DNA of 64,000 nucleotides from Escherichia phage IME178. Made by a program: the position numbers and the translations under genes. Positions 60,011 through 64,000 of the stretch are shown here, piece after piece (the first letter of the stretch is position 1; each line of letters begins with the position of its first letter). The stretch lies in the sequence record NC_104190.1; one strand, written 5' to 3'. The notes under the pieces were generated by a model. The model saw only the letters and a list, made by a program, of their open reading frames with translations, had not been told where the DNA came from and searched no databases.

Positions 60011-61327
60011 TTATTTACCACGGGAAATAGAGTAAATTCCATAGCGCAGAGCATCACAGAGGTGAGAGTTAGCATCATGACGTGGTTTTTCACGTGATAA
60101 TTTTTCTTCACCTTCTTGGAAATCCCACTTGTAATTCTGCAATGCGTGAATTAATGAGGAACATGAAGCATCCACAATAATCTTGCCTTGTTGGAATAGT
60201 GCTTGCAAGCATGCTAGACCATCTAGGACAGATTTTTTAGCTGGAGCTGATGCAATTTCATGTTCATAAGCTAAGTCCTGACGGAACTGAGCTGCTGCAG
60301 AGTCAACAAAAATACGATCAACTTTATAACGATCTATACAGTGCTGAATATACGCAGCATGTTGCGCTGTAGTTTTCTCCGCCTGCTGGTACTCTTCTAA
60401 TACATAGTAAGTATCTGTATCATAGTGGTACTTAATAGTAAGAACTGCTGTAGGATCACGATAACCAACGTCAATACCAAGCAACGTTTCGAATGCTTCA
60501 TCATCTTTAAAGAAGTGACGCATACCTTTGAGATCTTTAACATGGTCGATGGCATTAAAGGTATCGAAGATCTGACCTTCGAATACAGAAAAGTCAGCCT
60601 CATATTCCTGGCGGAAGTAGTTTTTACTAACTGTGCGACGTGCTTCTTCGATATCATTCAGATCAGCACGTGGGTTATCACGATATGTACCATGAATAGA
60701 TACCCAGTTAGGTAATGTATCATCAAATCCATAGGCGTAAAACTCTTTAAACCAGTTACCCCCACGAGGAGTGGAAATAAATAGAGCCTTAGAATTAGGC
60801 TTATCTAGAGTAGGACGCAACTGAACTCTAAAGGCATCACCACCCACATCTGAAATTGCCGCCTCATCGAATATGATAAAGTCATATGAACGTCCAACTG
60901 CGGAGTCAGCCTGCGCCGCAGAAGCTAGTTTAAACAGAGAACCATTAGCCAACTCTATTTCTTTATCTTTAGCGTTTTCACGTTCAGTTTGTAGGCCATA
61001 CTTCTTAATAAGACCACGAATCTGAGACCATCCAATGTTGGCCAGTGAGTAGTTAGGAGCAACTACTAGCACCTTTACGTTAGGCTCCAGCAATTTTAGG
61101 AATCCAAGTGTATATGCTATAAAGGATTTGCCTACACGGCGTGACACACACGCCGTTACAAAACGATGTCTAGGGTCCTCTAAAGCATTGATGATTGCTA
61201 TTTGAGGACCATTAGGTGTAATACCTTCTTGTGCTAGTATTCCTGAAACAGGTAGACGAAAGAAACGTTTATCTATCCCGAAATCAATAACATCTACTGT
61301 GTTAACGTAGGGTCTTGATACTTCCAT
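60011..61327 (-). CDS. terminase large subunit
   Basis: 438 aa; Walker A RRVGKS, Walker B FIIFDEAA, C-terminal nuclease acidic residues. Confidence 0.85.
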   Translation of the reverse strand: MEVSRPYVNTVDVIDFGIDKRFFRLPVSGILAQEGITPNGPQIAIINALEDPRHRFVTACVSRRVGKSFIAYTLGFLKLLEPNVKVLVVAPNYSLANIGWSQIRGLIKKYGLQTERENAKDKEIELANGSLFKLASAAQADSAVGRSYDFIIFDEAAISDVGGDAFRVQLRPTLDKPNSKALFISTPRGGNWFKEFYAYGFDDTLPNWVSIHGTYRDNPRADLNDIEEARRTVSKNYFRQEYEADFSVFEGQIFDTFNAIDHVKDLKGMRHFFKDDEAFETLLGIDVGYRDPTAVLTIKYHYDTDTYYVLEEYQQAEKTTAQHAAYIQHCIDRYKVDRIFVDSAAAQFRQDLAYEHEIASAPAKKSVLDGLACLQALFQQGKIIVDASCSSLIHALQNYKWDFQEGEEKLSREKPRHDANSHLCDALRYGIYSISRGK

Positions 61328-61809
61328 TACTTCTTACCTCCAGTAGCTAGGGAAGTAATTAAGTCCATGTAGTTTTGATCCCCAGCTCCAGCAATAATAT
61401 TATTCTGGATATTGGTCTGGTTAGCTGGAGTACGGGCTGCTGCCTTCACTTTCTCCAATTCTACCATCATTTTCATTTCTTCCATCTTCATCTTGTGTGC
61501 CTTCCAGAGAATGTCCATAATATCCTGGTCAGAACCCATGCCGGTTTCTTCTAGTTCCTCTAGTTTACGCTTAATAACTTCATCTAGAACACCAAACAAA
61601 CGATCTCTGTTACGGAATCCACTTTCCATAAAAATATCGTTTAAGTAGTTCTTAACTTCGCTACGATTCATAATATCTCGGAAAGCAATTTCGGACATTC
61701 CAAGACTACGTGCGGCAGAAGGCACATCACTCCCGCACTGTAAATAAGCTTCAATCACATCCATCCCTTCAGGGGACATAAGATCTGGTACTAATACATC
61801 ATTTGCCAT
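61327..61809 (-). CDS. putative terminase small subunit
   Basis: 160 aa directly upstream of large terminase, N-terminal HTH-like segment; RBS aaaggagga. Confidence 0.45.
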
Positions 61810-61819
61810 ATTTCCTCCT

Positions 61820-63577
61820 TTAGGTAAGGCGTTGAACTGTTACTCTTAATCTAGGTAGGAAAACTGCACTACCTAAACTTACGTGCATAACTACCCCTAA
61901 CTCTACATTTCCGTTCCCCAGATTTTTAGCAGTGTATATAAAACTATTTCTACTTAGGGCATTGTTAGGTGTGTATCTAAAAGCAGATGTAGTATGAAAA
62001 GGTACTAAATACCCTACTGGTAGTGTTAAAATCTGGTGGAATATCGCGTCTCCATTGCTATAACTATATGCTCTTCTTCCTTGCACTTGAAACACACCGT
62101 TATTCCATGTATTAGCAGGAACACCTGCACAGTTAAGATTACCTGATATAACTTCAGTGGTAAGAATTACTGTAGCATTGCCACCCGGTATACCTAGCCC
62201 AATAGTTGATAAACCAACGTATCTATCTCCTGTTCCCGGGTAGCTAGGAGTAATATCATCTCCCATATAAGAACTACCTACATTTCCACCAAAAAGTCGT
62301 AATGGAACTGCTGAAGGCCCCCAAACAACCCCGTGTTCATTACCGATAGTATTATCATTAGAGTTTACGTACCATTGCTTACCAGCTCCGAATTTGTAAA
62401 TACTAATTTGAGACTTAGCCCCTCCATAGTCTACAGGAGACCATAAACTCCCGTTACTAGAACCTACAAGTTCACACCTTGCAGTGGTATCCCCAAAGGC
62501 CCCAGTGTACGCTGCATTATTTCCAATATATTCCATATCTGGTCTATAACCTAAGTTACCGAAAGCGTTCTGGTTAATAAACTTGTATCCAGTATTGGGA
62601 AGACTAACCCCTTTAATTATGAAATTAGAAGGAGATATAAGAATATCTGAACCAGTAAAAGGATTACCAGAGATACTCATACCACCATTTGAGTATCTTA
62701 AATTCAAAACGTACCAAATAACTTTAGTAGGGGTTATGTTATACCAATCCTGTAATATTGTAGCGTTACCAGATTGGTTAGCTAAATTAGTTGTAGAACC
62801 CCTACAAACAAATCTGTTACCTCCATCATGATACATAGTATTTACATTACCAGGAAGACCTTGTCTTACCCCACCATACCCACGTATGTTAGAGTTACAA
62901 ACATAAAACCAATCGTGCCCTCTGTGTGCTGATCCTAAAGGAGACATCCATCCTGGGTCCCAGTAATATTGGTTATTACCATCTATAGGTACTGTACTAC
63001 TATTAGTAGGGAATCCTAACTGTGCAAAAGCTTCTGCAACAGTAATACCTACTGGAGCTCCTGCACCTGGCCTAACTATACCATGATACGTACTATGTAA
63101 GGTAGTACCCCCTGTACCATTCCTAGAAATAGATTCTTCATGTCCTATAGATGGATTATAGTTATATGTACCAGATGCCAGGCTATTACCAAATGCAAAT
63201 CCACTAGTCTGGGAAACACTAGCAAAAGATCTAAAAGGATCTGCTTGAGTGGCAACTATAGTTTGACCCACCTTACTCTGAGTACCATTAAGAAAAGCCC
63301 TATGAGTACCATTTATCTCAATAGCAGTTAGTATAACTCTACCAGGATCGTTAGATTTAATATTTATTATGTCAGCGGGCATTTGACATACAAAAAACCC
63401 ATTACCGGCATCACCTAACCCAGACTCATAAGTACCATCAACTAGGACAAATGGCATGTCACTATGAAAAATACTATTGGCATTTGGACTATAGTGACGA
63501 TTAATGTCACCACCAGATTCAGTATTTAAAGATAGTACGGTCTTACCATCGCTATATTTTCCAGCGAAAAAACCCAT
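61820..63577 (-). CDS. receptor-binding tail protein (T5 pb5/Oad-like by position)
   Basis: 585-aa Gly/Asn/Ser-rich ORF adjacent and divergent to an Llp-like lipoprotein gene; RBS taggagat. Confidence 0.55.
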
Positions 63578-63602
63578 ATAATCTCCTATTATAAAAATGT
63601 AT

Positions 63603-63631
63603 TTGCTTTCATCCCTCTATTTTGCTATAAT
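63603..63631 (+). promoter_or_regulatory. T5-type early promoter for llp-like gene
   Basis: TTGCTT-17-TATAAT then AGATTCATAAATTAGAAATGGAGAG leader. Confidence 0.55.
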
Positions 63632-63662
63632 AGATTCATAAATTAGAAATGGAGAGATAAAT

Positions 63663-63929
63663 ATGAAAAAGTTTGTGATTGCACTAGTTGCCGCAGTTAT
63701 GTTATCTGGTTGTGCACCTGCTCCCAAACCATTTTGTACTGGATTTGTAAAATCTTTTGGGGGTGCGGGAGAAGAACATTATGGCCTCAAGGTTCAAAAA
63801 GTTCGTATTAAGGGAGATCGCTTCCCAGTAGTACAACTCCGTACTAAATTTGGGTGGTGGGATCTCAGTCAGTTTGACCTTAAATATGGTGATTGTAAAT
63901 TTAAACTAGAGCAATCTAACTACCTGTAA
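63663..63929 (+). CDS. llp: Llp-like lipoprotein (receptor-blocking superinfection exclusion)
   Basis: 88 aa; signal peptide with lipobox LSGC; divergent from the receptor-binding protein gene as llp/oad in T5. Confidence 0.65.
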   Translation: MKKFVIALVAAVMLSGCAPAPKPFCTGFVKSFGGAGEEHYGLKVQKVRIKGDRFPVVQLRTKFGWWDLSQFDLKYGDCKFKLEQSNYL

Positions 63930-64000
63930 TTAGTATAAAGCAAAAAGACATCTAAGTAAACTAAATTTTTTATTTTTTGGACGGTATATTGGCAGAAACC

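Noticed and set aside
1-64000. Integrase, excisionase, transposase or other lysogeny/mobile-element genes
   Set aside because: No tyrosine/serine recombinase or DDE transposase signatures seen in any long ORF; the gene content is that of a virulent T5-like phage.

Overview
The window reads as one contiguous ~64-kb segment of a T5-like (Tequintavirus-type) virulent phage genome. All calls are from motif recognition and synteny by eye; no database search was run. (1) 1-9.3 kb, minus strand: early nucleotide-metabolism genes (DEDDh exonuclease-like, RNase H, thymidylate synthase, DHFR, class I RNR nrdB/nrdA, PhoH). (2) 9.5-36.2 kb, plus strand: early/replication module driven by repeated sigma70-type promoters with a conserved leader, one a near-copy of T5 P_N25. 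It holds anaerobic RNR NrdD, a Sir2-like protein coupled to a HAD-like protein, an AEP-primase/helicase fusion, a split NAD-dependent ligase, DnaB-like helicase, DnaG-like primase, an 855-aa family A DNA polymerase, SF2 helicase, gp32-like SSB, SbcD/SbcC-like nuclease, Hjc-like resolvase, 291-aa flap endonuclease and dUTPase. (3) 36.2-63.6 kb, minus strand: late structural module (two-gene tail-fiber locus, collar, pb4/pb3/pb9-like baseplate proteins, tape measure, major tail protein, major capsid, prohead protease, decoration protein, portal, HNH endonuclease, terminase, receptor-binding protein), followed by a divergent Llp-like lipoprotein gene. No tRNA, rRNA, CRISPR array, integrase or transposase was found. 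At least ten genes carry frame disruptions, mostly inside homopolymer runs, which I read primarily as sequencing/assembly indels. I did not find a clearly novel system; the best candidates are the Sir2-like/HAD-like pair, a tandem paralog pair, a ~620-bp ORF-free island upstream of the primase-helicase gene, an orphan promoter-leader-hairpin unit, and a thrice-repeated hairpin plus AT-box element in the late operon.
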